A DNA stretch of 64,000 nucleotides from Trichormus sp. ATA11-4-KO1 (GTDB lineage: Bacteria; Cyanobacteriota; Cyanobacteriia; Cyanobacteriales; Nostocaceae): assembly GCA_019358915.1 (NCBI GenBank), contig JAHHIM010000065.1:192001-256000 (forward strand), given 5' to 3'. Below are positions 53,788 to 64,000 of this stretch, one piece after another. The position numbers were made by a program, and so were the translations under genes. The notes beneath the pieces were generated by a model. The model was not told the origin of the DNA. It ran no database searches and saw only the letters and a program-made list of their open reading frames with translations. Within the stretch, counting starts at the first letter, position 1. Each line of letters starts with the position of its first letter.

Positions 53788-53871
53788 TCGGACTTACGCA
53801 AAATTTGCCAAAAAGCTTAATTTATCCAACCGCCAAGACGCCAAGAATTCGTTGAGTGTGCGTAAGTCCTA
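53788..53871. mobile_element. minimal 84-bp MITE with GGACTTACGCA TIRs and AATAAT flanking repeat
   Basis: aataat|TCGGACTTACGCA...TGCGTAAGTCCTA|aataat. Confidence 0.8.
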
Positions 53872-54074
53872 AATAATCAAATATTTGTAAATTAAGTGTT
53901 GTTTGCCATTTTGGCAATAAAGTAAAAAAATCCAGTAATTGGCATTATTTTCAGCTATTATACATAATATAAAAAGTATAAAATAATCCAATTTTAACTA
54001 TTACTTAATCTTTGAGTAATAATTGAATTCAAACCAAATCATCAACTTTATTTATACCTAAAGACAGTAAAGTT

Positions 54075-54190
54075 ATGTTAGACCCCGTACAAACTTTTAC
54101 CATAGCCAATCAAGTCATTTTTGATGAAGGATAACCGGGTGATTATATGTACGGTGTGCTAGAAGGAAAAGTTGATTTATCGGTGAAGTT
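54075..54190 (+). pseudogene. cyclic-nucleotide-binding domain remnant
   Basis: MLDPVQTFTIANQVIFDEG*PGDYMYGVLEGKVDLSV, with an in-frame stop and truncation. Confidence 0.65.
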
Positions 54191-54221
54191 TTGCACCACG
54201 AATACTCAAAACCGTATTGAG

Positions 54222-55064
54222 TTATACAGAATATTGATGTTTTTCCATTAGCCAAGCATACCAATTATCTAAACCCACACCAGTCGTTGCAGAAACTTGA
54301 AAAATCTGCATTTGTGGATTGACGTGTCGTGCATATTCTATACATTTTTGTACATCAAACTGCACATAAGGTAGTAAATCTATTTTGGTAAGAATCATTA
54401 TCTCGCTAGCACGGAACATATGAGGGTATTTAATTGGCTTATCTTCTCCTTCTGTCACAGAGAGAATTACTACTTTTGCTTGTTCACCCAAATCGAATAA
54501 AGCTGGACAAACCAAATTACCCACATTTTCAATCATCACTACCGAGTCTAGCGGTGGGTTTAGTTGTTGTAAACCCCTGTTGATCATGGAAGCATCCAAA
54601 TGGCAACCTGTACCTGTATTGATTTGAACAACCTTACAACCAGTTTCTTTGATTTTTTGGGCATCATTTACCGTTTCTTGGTCGCCTTCAATCACATTAA
54701 TAAATAACTGATTTTTTAAATCATTGATAGTACGAGTTAAAAGAGTTGTTTTTCCCGCACCAGGAGAACTCATTAAATTTAATGCTAAAATGTTTCGACC
54801 TTTAAACCAACCGCGATTTTGGGCTGCTATCAAGTTATTTTTAGCTAAAATATCCTGTTCTAAAGATATGGTTGTATTATGTATTTTGGCATGAAGTTGA
54901 GATGCTTCATGGTGAGTGTCATGATGGTGGGAATGAGTAATGATAGTACTATCGGGTAAAGTGTGAGTATGATGATGGTGATGGAGATTGGCTTCAACTT
55001 CACCTGTTTCTAGATTAGTAATTTTGCCTTCAGCATCATCAGAACAACCGCAGGTTACACACAT
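54222..55064 (-). CDS. hypB: hydrogenase nickel incorporation GTPase
   Basis: MCVTCGC, His-rich tract, SSPGAGKT and ENVGNLVCP. Confidence 0.96.
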   Translation of the reverse strand: MCVTCGCSDDAEGKITNLETGEVEANLHHHHHTHTLPDSTIITHSHHHDTHHEASQLHAKIHNTTISLEQDILAKNNLIAAQNRGWFKGRNILALNLMSSPGAGKTTLLTRTINDLKNQLFINVIEGDQETVNDAQKIKETGCKVVQINTGTGCHLDASMINRGLQQLNPPLDSVVMIENVGNLVCPALFDLGEQAKVVILSVTEGEDKPIKYPHMFRASEIMILTKIDLLPYVQFDVQKCIEYARHVNPQMQIFQVSATTGVGLDNWYAWLMEKHQYSV

Positions 55065-55396
55065 AATTCTTCTATTTCTATTTCCTTAATTTTTAGTTCT
55101 TCCCCAGCTATTAAATCTAATTGCCAGCTACCACAATTACAAATGCCAAAAGGTTTATCTAAAGTTACTTCTGCACCACATTGACGACATTTTGCTAAAC
55201 CAGGGATTTCTTTAATTTCTAATATTGCCCCTGCTAAAACTGTACCTTGAGTACAAATATCAAAACAAAATTGTATAGCGTCTGGCAGAATAGCTGAGAG
55301 TAAACCAATTTCTAATACTACACGGCGCACTTTTGAACCTTGAGCATGTTCGCTAACAATTGCTACAATATTTTGTGTGATTCCTAATTCGTGCAT
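55055..55396 (-). CDS. hypA: hydrogenase nickel metallochaperone
   Basis: MHE start, CRQC and CNC. Confidence 0.95.
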   Translation of the reverse strand: MHELGITQNIVAIVSEHAQGSKVRRVVLEIGLLSAILPDAIQFCFDICTQGTVLAGAILEIKEIPGLAKCRQCGAEVTLDKPFGICNCGSWQLDLIAGEELKIKEIEIEELCV

Positions 55397-55426
55397 AGAA
55401 TTTATCTAAATTTAAAATGAGGTTCA

Positions 55427-55457
55427 GATCCCCGACTTCTACCAGAAGTCGGGGATA
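55427..55457. repeat. REP-like palindrome between hypE and hypA
   Basis: ATCCCCGACTTCT-ACC-AGAAGTCGGGGAT. Confidence 0.7.
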
Positions 55458-55467
55458 TTTTTTTCAT

Positions 55468-56571
55468 TTAACAAATCCTTGGTAATTGTTCTCCTACCAA
55501 CATATCTACAATTCGTGCAGTACCAAAAGCTGTTGTTAACAAAACAACTCCCGGAGGTGAAGCAATAACTTCGCCAATTATACAAGCATCTTTCCCGGCT
55601 GAATGTAACTTCATAGCTGATAAAACGGTTTCTGCATGTTCACGTTTTACCACTACAACTAATTTACCTTCATTTGCTAAATATAAAGGATCTAAACCGA
55701 GAATTTCGCAGAAACCTTTGACTTCTTCCCGCACTGGTATAGATTCTTCATCAAGGCGAATTCCTACATGAGAACTTAACGCAAACTCATTTAACACAGT
55801 AGCTAAACCACCCCGTGTAGCATCCCGCATAGCATGAATTTCGGGACAAACATTCAAAATAGTTGCGACTAAACTATGTAACGGCTGACAGTCACTTTCT
55901 ATATTAGTTTCTAATGCCAATTCCCCACGGGCAATTAAAATTGCTGCCCCATGATTACCCAACTCGCCATTAATAATTACTACATCTCCAGCTTGGATAT
56001 TGTGAGCAGAAATGTTAACTCCTGGTGGAATTACACCAATCCCACTAGTATTAATAAATATTTTATCAGCAGCACCACGATGAACAACTTTTGTGTCACC
56101 AGTCACAATTTGTACACCAGCATTTTGTGCGGTTAGTTTCATGCTAGCAGCGACACGCCGCAAGGTATCTACTGGCAATCCTTCTTCCAAAATGACGCTA
56201 CAAGTTAGATATAAAGGTTTAGCACCACTGACTGCTAAATCATTAACTGTGCCATTAACGGCTAATTCACCAATATCACTTCCAGGAAAAAATAGCGGGT
56301 CTACAACATAAGAATCAGTAGTAAAAGCTAATCTATCTCCATGTTGTAAAAGACTAGTTAAATTGAAACTGGCTTGGTCTTCTAATTGTGAGAGGATGGG
56401 ATTATCAAAAGTACTAACAAAGATATCGTCAATTAAATCGCGCATGGCTTTACCACCGCTACCGTGGGCGAGAGTGATATGAGTATCTCGCACTTTTGCT
56501 TGGCGTTGACGGGCTTTTTCTATTTTTTGGAATATGGGGTTTTGGGTTTGCTTGTGGGAGGTAAAATTCAT
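55468..56571 (-). CDS. hypE: hydrogenase maturation protein HypE
   Basis: HGSGG, TTDSYVV, MRDATRGG and C-terminal PRIC. Confidence 0.96.
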   Translation of the reverse strand: MNFTSHKQTQNPIFQKIEKARQRQAKVRDTHITLAHGSGGKAMRDLIDDIFVSTFDNPILSQLEDQASFNLTSLLQHGDRLAFTTDSYVVDPLFFPGSDIGELAVNGTVNDLAVSGAKPLYLTCSVILEEGLPVDTLRRVAASMKLTAQNAGVQIVTGDTKVVHRGAADKIFINTSGIGVIPPGVNISAHNIQAGDVVIINGELGNHGAAILIARGELALETNIESDCQPLHSLVATILNVCPEIHAMRDATRGGLATVLNEFALSSHVGIRLDEESIPVREEVKGFCEILGLDPLYLANEGKLVVVVKREHAETVLSAMKLHSAGKDACIIGEVIASPPGVVLLTTAFGTARIVDMLVGEQLPRIC

Positions 56572-56650
56572 TTTTAATAACGAGATGAGAAAGGTGAAAT
56601 AATTTTAAACACCAAGTAAACCAACCTCATACACTAACGCGCAATCTCTT

Positions 56651-57805
56651 TCAAACTCTTAATTCTTTGTGCCCTTTGCGGTTCGTTTTCCCTTTACCTA
56701 TAGGCATAGCAAATCGCCCATATTTGTAATAAGCTGCACAAGCGCCTTCAGAAGACACCATGCAAGTACCAATGGGTGTTTCTGGTGTGCAAGCTGTACC
56801 AAATACTTTACATTGCCAAGGTTTTAAAACTCCTTTGAGAATTTCGCCACATTGACAGGCTTTATGGTCGGCTACTTTAATATTAAGAATAATAAATTTA
56901 AGTTCGGCATCAAATTGGGCATATTCAGGACGAATTTTTAAACCTGATTCTGGTATTTCACCTAAGCCACGCCAATCGAAGTTTTCTCGCACTGCAAAAA
57001 CTTGATTGATAGCTTGCAATGCTACTAAATTTCCGGCTGATTCTACTAACCTGTTATATTGATTTTCTACTTCACAGCGATTTTCTCTTAGTTGCTGTAA
57101 TAGCATCCAAATAGATTGGAGAATATCTAAAGGTTCAAATCCGGAAACAACGATTGGTTTATGATATTTTTGGGAAATAAATTTATAAGGATCTGTACCA
57201 ATTACCATACTGACATGACCAGGCCCGACAAATCCATCTAGTTGCAGGTCGGGATTTTCTAGTAATGCTTGGAGGGCGGGAATCACGAGGACGTGATTGC
57301 AAAACATACTAAAGTTAGTAATGTTTTCGGCGGCTGCTTGGAGGATGGTGAGGGCGGTACTGGGGGCTGTGGTTTCAAAGCCTAAAGCAAAGAATACTAC
57401 TTCTTTAAGGGGGTTATCTCTGGCTATTTGTAGGCTATCGAGGGGGGAATACACCATACGAATATCTGCGCCTGTGGCTTTGGCTTGCAGGAGGTTGGTG
57501 TGGGAACCGGGAACGCGCATGATGTCGCCAAATGTGGCGAGGATGACGTTATGATTTTGGGAGATGGCGATCGCATCGTCTAATCTCCCTTTTGGCATGA
57601 CGCAGACTGGACAGCCAGGCCCGTGAATGAGTTCTAGGTTGTGGGGTAAGATTTCTTCGATGCCGTATTTAAATATGGAGTGGGTATGTCCGCCGCATAC
57701 TTCCATGATTTTGATGGGTTTTTTGAGTTGTTGGCAAAGTTGGGCGATTTGCTTTTGTAGGGCTGCGGCTTTTTCGGGTTCTCGGAATTCGTCTATGTAT
57801 TTCAT
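56651..57805 (-). CDS. hypD: hydrogenase maturation protein HypD
   Basis: MEVCGGHT, GPGCPVC, GFETT and CMVSSEGAC. Confidence 0.96.
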   Translation of the reverse strand: MKYIDEFREPEKAAALQKQIAQLCQQLKKPIKIMEVCGGHTHSIFKYGIEEILPHNLELIHGPGCPVCVMPKGRLDDAIAISQNHNVILATFGDIMRVPGSHTNLLQAKATGADIRMVYSPLDSLQIARDNPLKEVVFFALGFETTAPSTALTILQAAAENITNFSMFCNHVLVIPALQALLENPDLQLDGFVGPGHVSMVIGTDPYKFISQKYHKPIVVSGFEPLDILQSIWMLLQQLRENRCEVENQYNRLVESAGNLVALQAINQVFAVRENFDWRGLGEIPESGLKIRPEYAQFDAELKFIILNIKVADHKACQCGEILKGVLKPWQCKVFGTACTPETPIGTCMVSSEGACAAYYKYGRFAMPIGKGKTNRKGHKELRV

Positions 57806-57884
57806 GGGGAGATTTTGGCTGGTGGTTGAGGTTTTTTTTAACGAACCGCAAAGGGCGCGAAGGACACAAAGGAAGAAGTTTTAG

Positions 57885-58145
57885 TTAGTTAGTTATTGTT
57901 GCTTGGGCGGTGGCTAGTTCTTGTAGTAGTTGTAATGTTTCGGCTGCTTGTTGTTCGTTGATGCGATTCATGGCGAAGCCGACGTGAACTAATACCCAAT
58001 TTCCTATGCAGGTTTCGGGGGGATGTTGTTCGTCTACTATGCAGGCTATGTTGACTTGGCGTTTGACTCCCGCTATGTTGACGATGGCTAATTTGTTGTT
58101 AATGTCGCTGATTTCAATTATTTGTCCGGGAATTCCTAAGCACAT
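57885..58145 (-). CDS. hypC: hydrogenase chaperone HypC
   Basis: MCLGIPG start at 58145 and WVLVHVGFA. Confidence 0.95.
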   Translation of the reverse strand: MCLGIPGQIIEISDINNKLAIVNIAGVKRQVNIACIVDEQHPPETCIGNWVLVHVGFAMNRINEQQAAETLQLLQELATAQATITN

Positions 58146-58199
58146 TTTTGTTTCTGGGGATAAACGAACCACAAAGACGCGGAGAATGCAGAGAGAATT

Positions 58200-60548
58200 T
58201 TAAGAGTCAGTTATTAATTGTGCAGCTGTAATAATGGCTTGACCTAGGGATATATTGCCATCGTTAGGAGGGACTAAGTTGTGAGTTAGTACGTTTATTC
58301 CTAAGTTTTGTAAGTGTTTGGTGACTTGTGTTAATAAAATACAGTTTTGAAATACTCCTCCTGTTAAAATTACTTGTTTAATGAGGTTTTCTTGACAAAG
58401 ACGTTTGATTAAATCAACAATAGTTTGAGCTAAACTTAGATGAAATTTTGTGGCTATTACTGATGGAGAAATCTGCTGTTGCAGGTCATGAAGTAAGGCT
58501 TGCCACATTGGTTTGGGGTCTATACAATAAATGCTATCTAAGAAGCTAAAGTTAAAAGGATAAATTAGCGTTTCTTTATGATAATTTAAACTGTGAATAT
58601 CAACTAAGGCTTCCATTGCGATCGCAGCTTGTCCTTCATAGCTAAATTCTTCTGGATAAATACCGATAGTCGCCGCTACTGCATCGAACAATCGTCCTAC
58701 TGATGAGGCTGGAGGTGAATTAATTCCCTGTTCAATCAGTTGATTGAGTAGTTTTAGGGGCTGTTTCTGCAAAAATTTGACAATTTCTAAATCAGTATAT
58801 TTTTGTTGGCAATTATCCCAAAGGTTGGCAGTTACTAAGTGGGCATAGGTGTTACGCCAAGGTTGATAAATTGCTTTTTCGCCGCCAATCATAGGTACAG
58901 GTTTAAATGTGGCGAGTCGTTGAAATTGGCGATAGTCTGCTAATAAAAATTCTCCTCCCCAAAGGTTACCATCTGCACCGTAACCCAAGCCATCTAAAGC
59001 AATACCTAAAACTGGGGGCGCATCTAATGGAATATTATTTTCTGCCATGCAAGCGGCAATATGAGCATGATGATGTTGGATAGAGTAAAGTTTAATTTGA
59101 TTGGTACTTGCTAATTCTTTACCTAGTTTACTGGCAAGATACTCTGGGTGTTTATCTATTGCTATAACTTCTGGTTGATGTGCAAATAAATTTAAGTATA
59201 ACTTTAGTGTATCTTGATAGGCATTAAACGCCGTAGAATTTTCTAAATCACCCAAATGTTGAGAGAGAATTGCTTCACTTTCTCGCAACAAGCAAAAGGT
59301 ATTTTTTAACTCACTACCCATTGCTAAAATTGGCGGCACATGATGAAATCCTGGTGGTAACTTAATTGGTGCTGGTGCGTATCCTCTAGCACGGCGAATT
59401 ATTTGCACTTTATCATTAACCACCCGTACAACTGAATCATCTACTCGGTTGACAATCTCCCGATTGTGAACAAGAAAATAATCAGCAATTTTTCCTAATT
59501 TTTCCCTAGCTTCTTCGTTATCAATACATTGTGGTTCATCAGCAACATTACCGCTAGTTAACACAATCGGCCGATTCATTCGCCTCAGAATTAAATGATG
59601 TAAAGGCGTATAAGGTAACATAAAACCGAGAGTATTTTGTCCCGGTGCAACTGATGCTGCTAATTGCTTTTTCCTCGTTACCTTTAGTAGAACAATTGGC
59701 GCGGCTGGACTTGTTAATAATTCTTTTTCCTTATTATTGATGGTGCAATATTCGTCAATTAATGCCAAATCTCGCGCCATCAAAGCAAAAGGCTTGTGAT
59801 ATCTTCTTTTACGCTGACGCAGTTTTTGTACAGCCGCTTCCTGAGTTGCATCACAAGCTAAATGAATACCACCCAAGCCCTTAATGGCGACAATTTCACC
59901 CTTCTGCAACAAAGTACAGACAGCATCCACATCATCCATCATCGAAAACATAGAAGCCGTCACAGGCTTACCATCAGCACGTTCTAACCAAGCTGTCGGG
60001 CCGCAAGTATGACAAGCTACAGGCTGGGCATGAAAACGCCGATTTTCCACATCATCATATTCCCTCTCACATTCCGCACACATAGCAAACGCAGACATAC
60101 TGGTATTGCATCTGTCGTAAGGAATGGCACGAATAATACTCAAACGAGGGCCGCAATGGGTACAGTTAGTAAAAGGATAACGATAAAAGCGACTAAACGG
60201 GTCGAAAATTTCTTGTTGACATTGCAGACAAGTAGCCGCATCCGAGGCAATTTCTGTGTTTCTAGAATTACTCACACTACTAGAAATGACAAAATCACTA
60301 AAATTAACTTCACCCTCATAACTACTTCTCGTTATTTCCTGAATTTTTGCCAAAGGAGGACATTCTTCATACAATCGCCTCACAAACTCAGTTATCGCCA
60401 CCTCACTTCCAGACACCCGAATTAAAACACCCTCACCATCATTACAAACATCCCCACACAACCCACAAGCCTTCGCCAAACGATACACAGTAGGACGAAA
60501 ACCCACACCCTGAACAGTCCCCCGAACCCTAACTTCTTCCGTTACCAT
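58200..60548 (-). CDS. hypF: carbamoyltransferase HypF
   Basis: GTVQGVGFRP, zinc fingers, QHHHAH, DGLGYG and PPNDGNISLGQ; start MVTEEV at 60548. Confidence 0.96.
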   Translation of the reverse strand: MVTEEVRVRGTVQGVGFRPTVYRLAKACGLCGDVCNDGEGVLIRVSGSEVAITEFVRRLYEECPPLAKIQEITRSSYEGEVNFSDFVISSSVSNSRNTEIASDAATCLQCQQEIFDPFSRFYRYPFTNCTHCGPRLSIIRAIPYDRCNTSMSAFAMCAECEREYDDVENRRFHAQPVACHTCGPTAWLERADGKPVTASMFSMMDDVDAVCTLLQKGEIVAIKGLGGIHLACDATQEAAVQKLRQRKRRYHKPFALMARDLALIDEYCTINNKEKELLTSPAAPIVLLKVTRKKQLAASVAPGQNTLGFMLPYTPLHHLILRRMNRPIVLTSGNVADEPQCIDNEEAREKLGKIADYFLVHNREIVNRVDDSVVRVVNDKVQIIRRARGYAPAPIKLPPGFHHVPPILAMGSELKNTFCLLRESEAILSQHLGDLENSTAFNAYQDTLKLYLNLFAHQPEVIAIDKHPEYLASKLGKELASTNQIKLYSIQHHHAHIAACMAENNIPLDAPPVLGIALDGLGYGADGNLWGGEFLLADYRQFQRLATFKPVPMIGGEKAIYQPWRNTYAHLVTANLWDNCQQKYTDLEIVKFLQKQPLKLLNQLIEQGINSPPASSVGRLFDAVAATIGIYPEEFSYEGQAAIAMEALVDIHSLNYHKETLIYPFNFSFLDSIYCIDPKPMWQALLHDLQQQISPSVIATKFHLSLAQTIVDLIKRLCQENLIKQVILTGGVFQNCILLTQVTKHLQNLGINVLTHNLVPPNDGNISLGQAIITAAQLITDS

Positions 60549-60600
60549 ATACACCTCACCTTCTCCTCTCTGCGCCTCTGCGCCTTTGCGTGAGACACTT

Positions 60601-61788
60601 TTACCTAACACCCCACAACAAAACCCGATTATTACCAGAATCAGCAATCACCGCAGTATCACCACACACCTTCACCCCATAACACCAATTCAAACTATCG
60701 CGCTTAGGCAAACCAAAATTGTGATTTTCACCCTTACTTTGAAAATCCTTTTGTCCCACAACTGCATTTGCCTTTACCCCTGGTTTTCTCCATCCCAATA
60801 ACCGCGAATTAGCAGTATCAGCAACTATCAACCAATCATCAGCCACACCCACACCATAAGGCATACTTAAACTACTGGCATTAGGAAAATAAACACCTTG
60901 ATTCATTTCTACACAATCAAAGTTTTTTTGTCCTAACACTACTGTACAAAGGGCATTATTTTCTGTAGGTATTCCTTGCCAAATCATCACACGATTATTA
61001 CCCGCATCAGTGACAACTAAATTACCTCCCCAAACAGTAATATCATGACACCAGCGCATACTCGCAGCCGTGGGAGAACCGCCGCCATTTTCATTACGAG
61101 ATATCATATCTGGTTGTCCCAAAACCAAATCGGCAGGTTGACCATTTTCTGTTGGTAATTGCTGCCAAATTAATACTCGGCGATTTCCTGTATCTGCTAC
61201 AAATAATCTTCCTTGGTAATAGAAAACACCATAAGGCCAATGCATAGTATTTGCAGCTGCTACTTGACTACCCCGGTTTGATTCATTATTAATAAAATCA
61301 GCTTGTCCTAACACCAAATCAGCCGGAACATTACTATCTTCTGGTAAAGTTTTCCAAATTAAAACTCGATGATTCCAAGCATCTGCTACAGCTAATCCTG
61401 CACCACAAGCACAAATCCCCGTTGGTACATTAAAAGTTGCCTTTCCCGGTGTACCTTTAGCATTTTGTCCTTCATGGTAAAAGTCTGGCTGTCCTATTAC
61501 CCAATCAGCCGGTTGACTATCTCGGGTGGGTAAGTTTTGCCATCCTAATAATCGATGATGTCCTGTATCTGATACCCATAGTGACCCCGTTGTCGATAAT
61601 AAACAAGCACCACGAGGGCCAAACATAGATACAGGACTAGGTGCTATGGGTATAGCTAATATTTCTGGTTCAATAATGTTACCTAAAATCACCTCTGCAC
61701 CATGAGGAGATAAAGGGAAAGTTGAGGGGTTGATTGTTGCTTCTGGCGGCAAGTTTGGTGTGGGATTAATACTAACGGGAATATCCAT
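60601..61788 (-). CDS. NHL-repeat beta-propeller protein (hydrogenase-cluster accessory)
   Basis: Repeated VADxxNxRVLxW and ADLVLGQ. Confidence 0.88.
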   Translation of the reverse strand: MDIPVSINPTPNLPPEATINPSTFPLSPHGAEVILGNIIEPEILAIPIAPSPVSMFGPRGACLLSTTGSLWVSDTGHHRLLGWQNLPTRDSQPADWVIGQPDFYHEGQNAKGTPGKATFNVPTGICACGAGLAVADAWNHRVLIWKTLPEDSNVPADLVLGQADFINNESNRGSQVAAANTMHWPYGVFYYQGRLFVADTGNRRVLIWQQLPTENGQPADLVLGQPDMISRNENGGGSPTAASMRWCHDITVWGGNLVVTDAGNNRVMIWQGIPTENNALCTVVLGQKNFDCVEMNQGVYFPNASSLSMPYGVGVADDWLIVADTANSRLLGWRKPGVKANAVVGQKDFQSKGENHNFGLPKRDSLNWCYGVKVCGDTAVIADSGNNRVLLWGVR

Positions 61789-61865
61789 GAACCGCAGATG
61801 AACACTGATAACCATTTAAATTCATCGGCGAATATCAGCGTGTATCGCTAGTTGCAATTTGGCCA

Positions 61866-62720
61866 TTAAATTGAATATTTTGGCAATTTCACAAAAACCT
61901 TATCACCTTTAATCTGTACTGGATATGAATGCAACGAAATATCAGGAGTAGTTAAACATTCACCTGTTGCTAAATTGTACTGAAATCCATGTCCAGAACA
62001 AGTAATGATGCTATTATTTAACTTACCCATATCCAGAGGAGATGCTAGGTGTGGGCAAGCATTACGGTAACAGTTAACATTAACACCTTGTCGATATAAA
62101 ATCAGCAAATTATTACCGATTTCACCTGTCAATATCCCAGATTCGGGAATTTGATCAATAGTTGTCACTTTTACCCAAGTAGCAGTTTCCTGTGGAGAAA
62201 ATGGACTTATGAAACTAGAATTACTACTAGTAACCTGATGGGTATCATTAACTGCAACTACTTTAGTAATTTCAGGACAATGATTTTTAATTGCCTGTTC
62301 CACGCCGTGAGATAATGTCAAAGTAGAAGCCGGACAACTACTGCAAGTTCCTATCAATCTAACTTCTACCGTATCTGGCGGTTTAATTGCTACTAATTCC
62401 ACATCTCCGTTATGGCTTTTTAAACCTGGACGCACTTCTTCAAGGGCTGTTTGAATTCGTTGTATTAATGGCGTTTGTGGTGGTTTGACTAATTCATGAT
62501 AAAGCAGTACAGCGTACACTAATTCATCAGCAACTGCATGACGCAAAGCTGACATCGATTCTTGTTTTAGGCTTTTAATCAAACTAGTTAAAGCTGCTTT
62601 ATGTAATGCTTCAATTGCTCTTTTTAGTCCTACTGCTACACACCGTTGACTTTCATCCCATTCCGATATAATTGCCTCAAAACGGTTAATTTCTTGAACT
62701 AGTTCTTCAAGGTTGGTCAT
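61866..62720 (-). CDS. NifU-C plus Rieske-type Fe-S protein (hydrogenase-cluster accessory)
   Basis: VRPGLKSHNGDVEL...GTCSSCP and Rieske ligands CPH...CSGH. Confidence 0.88.
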   Translation of the reverse strand: MTNLEELVQEINRFEAIISEWDESQRCVAVGLKRAIEALHKAALTSLIKSLKQESMSALRHAVADELVYAVLLYHELVKPPQTPLIQRIQTALEEVRPGLKSHNGDVELVAIKPPDTVEVRLIGTCSSCPASTLTLSHGVEQAIKNHCPEITKVVAVNDTHQVTSSNSSFISPFSPQETATWVKVTTIDQIPESGILTGEIGNNLLILYRQGVNVNCYRNACPHLASPLDMGKLNNSIITCSGHGFQYNLATGECLTTPDISLHSYPVQIKGDKVFVKLPKYSI

Positions 62721-62778
62721 TAGTCATTATTCATTGGTCAGTAAACAGTAAACAGTAAAGATTAATCAGAATGATAAA

Positions 62779-63003
62779 TTACTTCATTTTGAAATCTTTT
62801 AGGAGAAAAGGCATAATTAATCCTGTGACTAAGCTAGATACTGATATGGTTAGCCATAAGGGAATATTGGCTTGTGCTAGCAATACTAATATTAGCGAAC
62901 CTATACTACTAGCAATTGTAATTTGCTTGACAAAATACACTGGATCTCTTATGAGCTTGCCTTTGAGAAACAACTTTGCAGAAAACCACCCTATTTCCAA
63001 CAT
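62779..63003 (-). CDS. small membrane protein of the extended hyp cluster
   Basis: MLEIGWFSAKLFLKGKLIRDP...MPFLLKDFKMK; two TM helices. Confidence 0.75.
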   Translation of the reverse strand: MLEIGWFSAKLFLKGKLIRDPVYFVKQITIASSIGSLILVLLAQANIPLWLTISVSSLVTGLIMPFLLKDFKMK

Positions 63004-63011
63004 AATTACTC

Positions 63012-63278
63012 CTAATAACTTGCTATAAAATTCAACACAATTAACCCTAAAAGGATAGCAGGAATTACACCAGCAGGCGCAAATAATGCCCCCAACATTG
63101 CTGAAAAACGATAACCTATATCTTTTCCAGCTAATAGCATTCCGCCAATAGCACCACCAACTAAAGATAAGGCGATCGCTAGTATCACCCATACAATATC
63201 TGTAGCAAGATTTAAGTCACCAGCTACTAAGCTATTGCATAAATCTATGACATGATGTTTCACTAAAATTTCTCTCAT
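63012..63278 (-). CDS. small Gly-rich membrane protein of the extended hyp cluster
   Basis: LSLVGGAIGGMLLAGKDIG...GALFAPAG. Confidence 0.75.
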   Translation of the reverse strand: MREILVKHHVIDLCNSLVAGDLNLATDIVWVILAIALSLVGGAIGGMLLAGKDIGYRFSAMLGALFAPAGVIPAILLGLIVLNFIASY

Positions 63279-63335
63279 GTTTCATATCCTCCCAATTACT
63301 GATTGTCTTCGTGTTTTTACTACCAAAAACAATAT

Positions 63336-64000
63336 TTAATGATTTTTATTCCCTATCTCCACAGCTAATTCTTGCAAGGCTTGGGCAACTATTTTTGCTT
63401 GTTCTGTTTGTTGATATTGGTGAAAAATTTCCCAAGCTTCTTGATAGTAATCTCGTGCTTTTAAAAGATTTTGAAAATTACCTGCTTCCGGTTTTTCCGG
63501 GTCATCAGGTAAGTTGAATAAGGCATTGGCTTTGTTAGAAATTGTATTAGCATACTCTAAAGGTGTATCTTTGGAGTTACGCACTTTTAAGGCTTCATCG
63601 TAAGCTGCGATCGCTCGTAAGTTATTCTCTATAGGATGGGAACTGACTAAATATTGCAAAGCATTACCCAAGTTGTTTTGCAACATCGCATATTCCCTGG
63701 AATGCTCAATTAAGTTAATATGCTTCAATGCCACCTCAAAGGACTGCACAGCCAACCCCTGACGTAAATATTCCCGTTCTGAAGCCATCGGCATAGAAAG
63801 ATAAGCGATCGCAATATTGTTGTATAAAATCGCGTATTCTTGTGGGTAATTTTCCCAGGTAAACACCCGCAAGGCTTCGTGATATGCTTGGATGCTATCT
63901 GTTATCCGTGCCAAATTGAACGGTACAAGCGACTGCAACGCTAAACCAAAGTTCATCTGTGCCTCTGCCACTTCTTCCGGTGAGGCTAATTGTTGTAAAA
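63336..64000 (-). CDS. TPR-like protein of the extended hyp cluster (5' end outside the window)
   Basis: Repeats EYAxxxNNxAxA...AYxEAL; the frame stays open to the window edge. Confidence 0.8.
   Translation of the reverse strand, partial: LQQLASPEEVAEAQMNFGLALQSLVPFNLARITDSIQAYHEALRVFTWENYPQEYAILYNNIAIAYLSMPMASEREYLRQGLAVQSFEVALKHINLIEHSREYAMLQNNLGNALQYLVSSHPIENNLRAIAAYDEALKVRNSKDTPLEYANTISNKANALFNLPDDPEKPEAGNFQNLLKARDYYQEAWEIFHQYQQTEQAKIVAQALQELAVEIGNKNH

Noticed and set aside
60549..60647. N-terminal extension of HypF in the ORF track (similar extensions for sdhB, clpC, hypC, higA and 62779-63192)
   Set aside because: The extensions overlap neighbouring genes or repeats; downstream ATGs match the family N-termini.

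Overview
This is chromosomal DNA of a filamentous, probably heterocyst-forming cyanobacterium (Nostocales-like). The evidence is frequent HIP1 octamers (GCGATCGC), STRR heptamer arrays, small dispersed repeats, psbX/ycf66/cyAbrB and an uptake-hydrogenase maturation cluster. Most of the window is housekeeping: ubiC, tRNA-Leu(GAG), accC, psbX, sdhB, ctaAB/coxBAC, sfsA, NDH-2, mutS, phoD, lepB, clpC, rimI, lysA-cdaA-uppS, dnaK-dnaJ and hypFCDEAB with accessory genes. Three accessory pockets stand out. (1) 28.2-30.7 kb holds Uma2 plus a coupled ABC/AAA_21 ATPase-PIN nuclease pair. (2) 34.8-37.7 kb is an insertion hotspot behind clpC. It carries a duplicated clpC 3' end that stops inside a HIP1 site, a candidate RNase toxin/immunity pair, and a fragment of a large nuclease-domain gene with a complete pentapeptide-repeat gene nested antisense, codon for codon, inside its open frame. 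(3) 45.8-48.4 kb is a toxin-antitoxin pocket. There a caspase-like CHAT protease fused to three antitoxin-like repeats lies directly upstream of a RelE-family toxin. All family assignments come from motif recognition by eye; no database searches were run.
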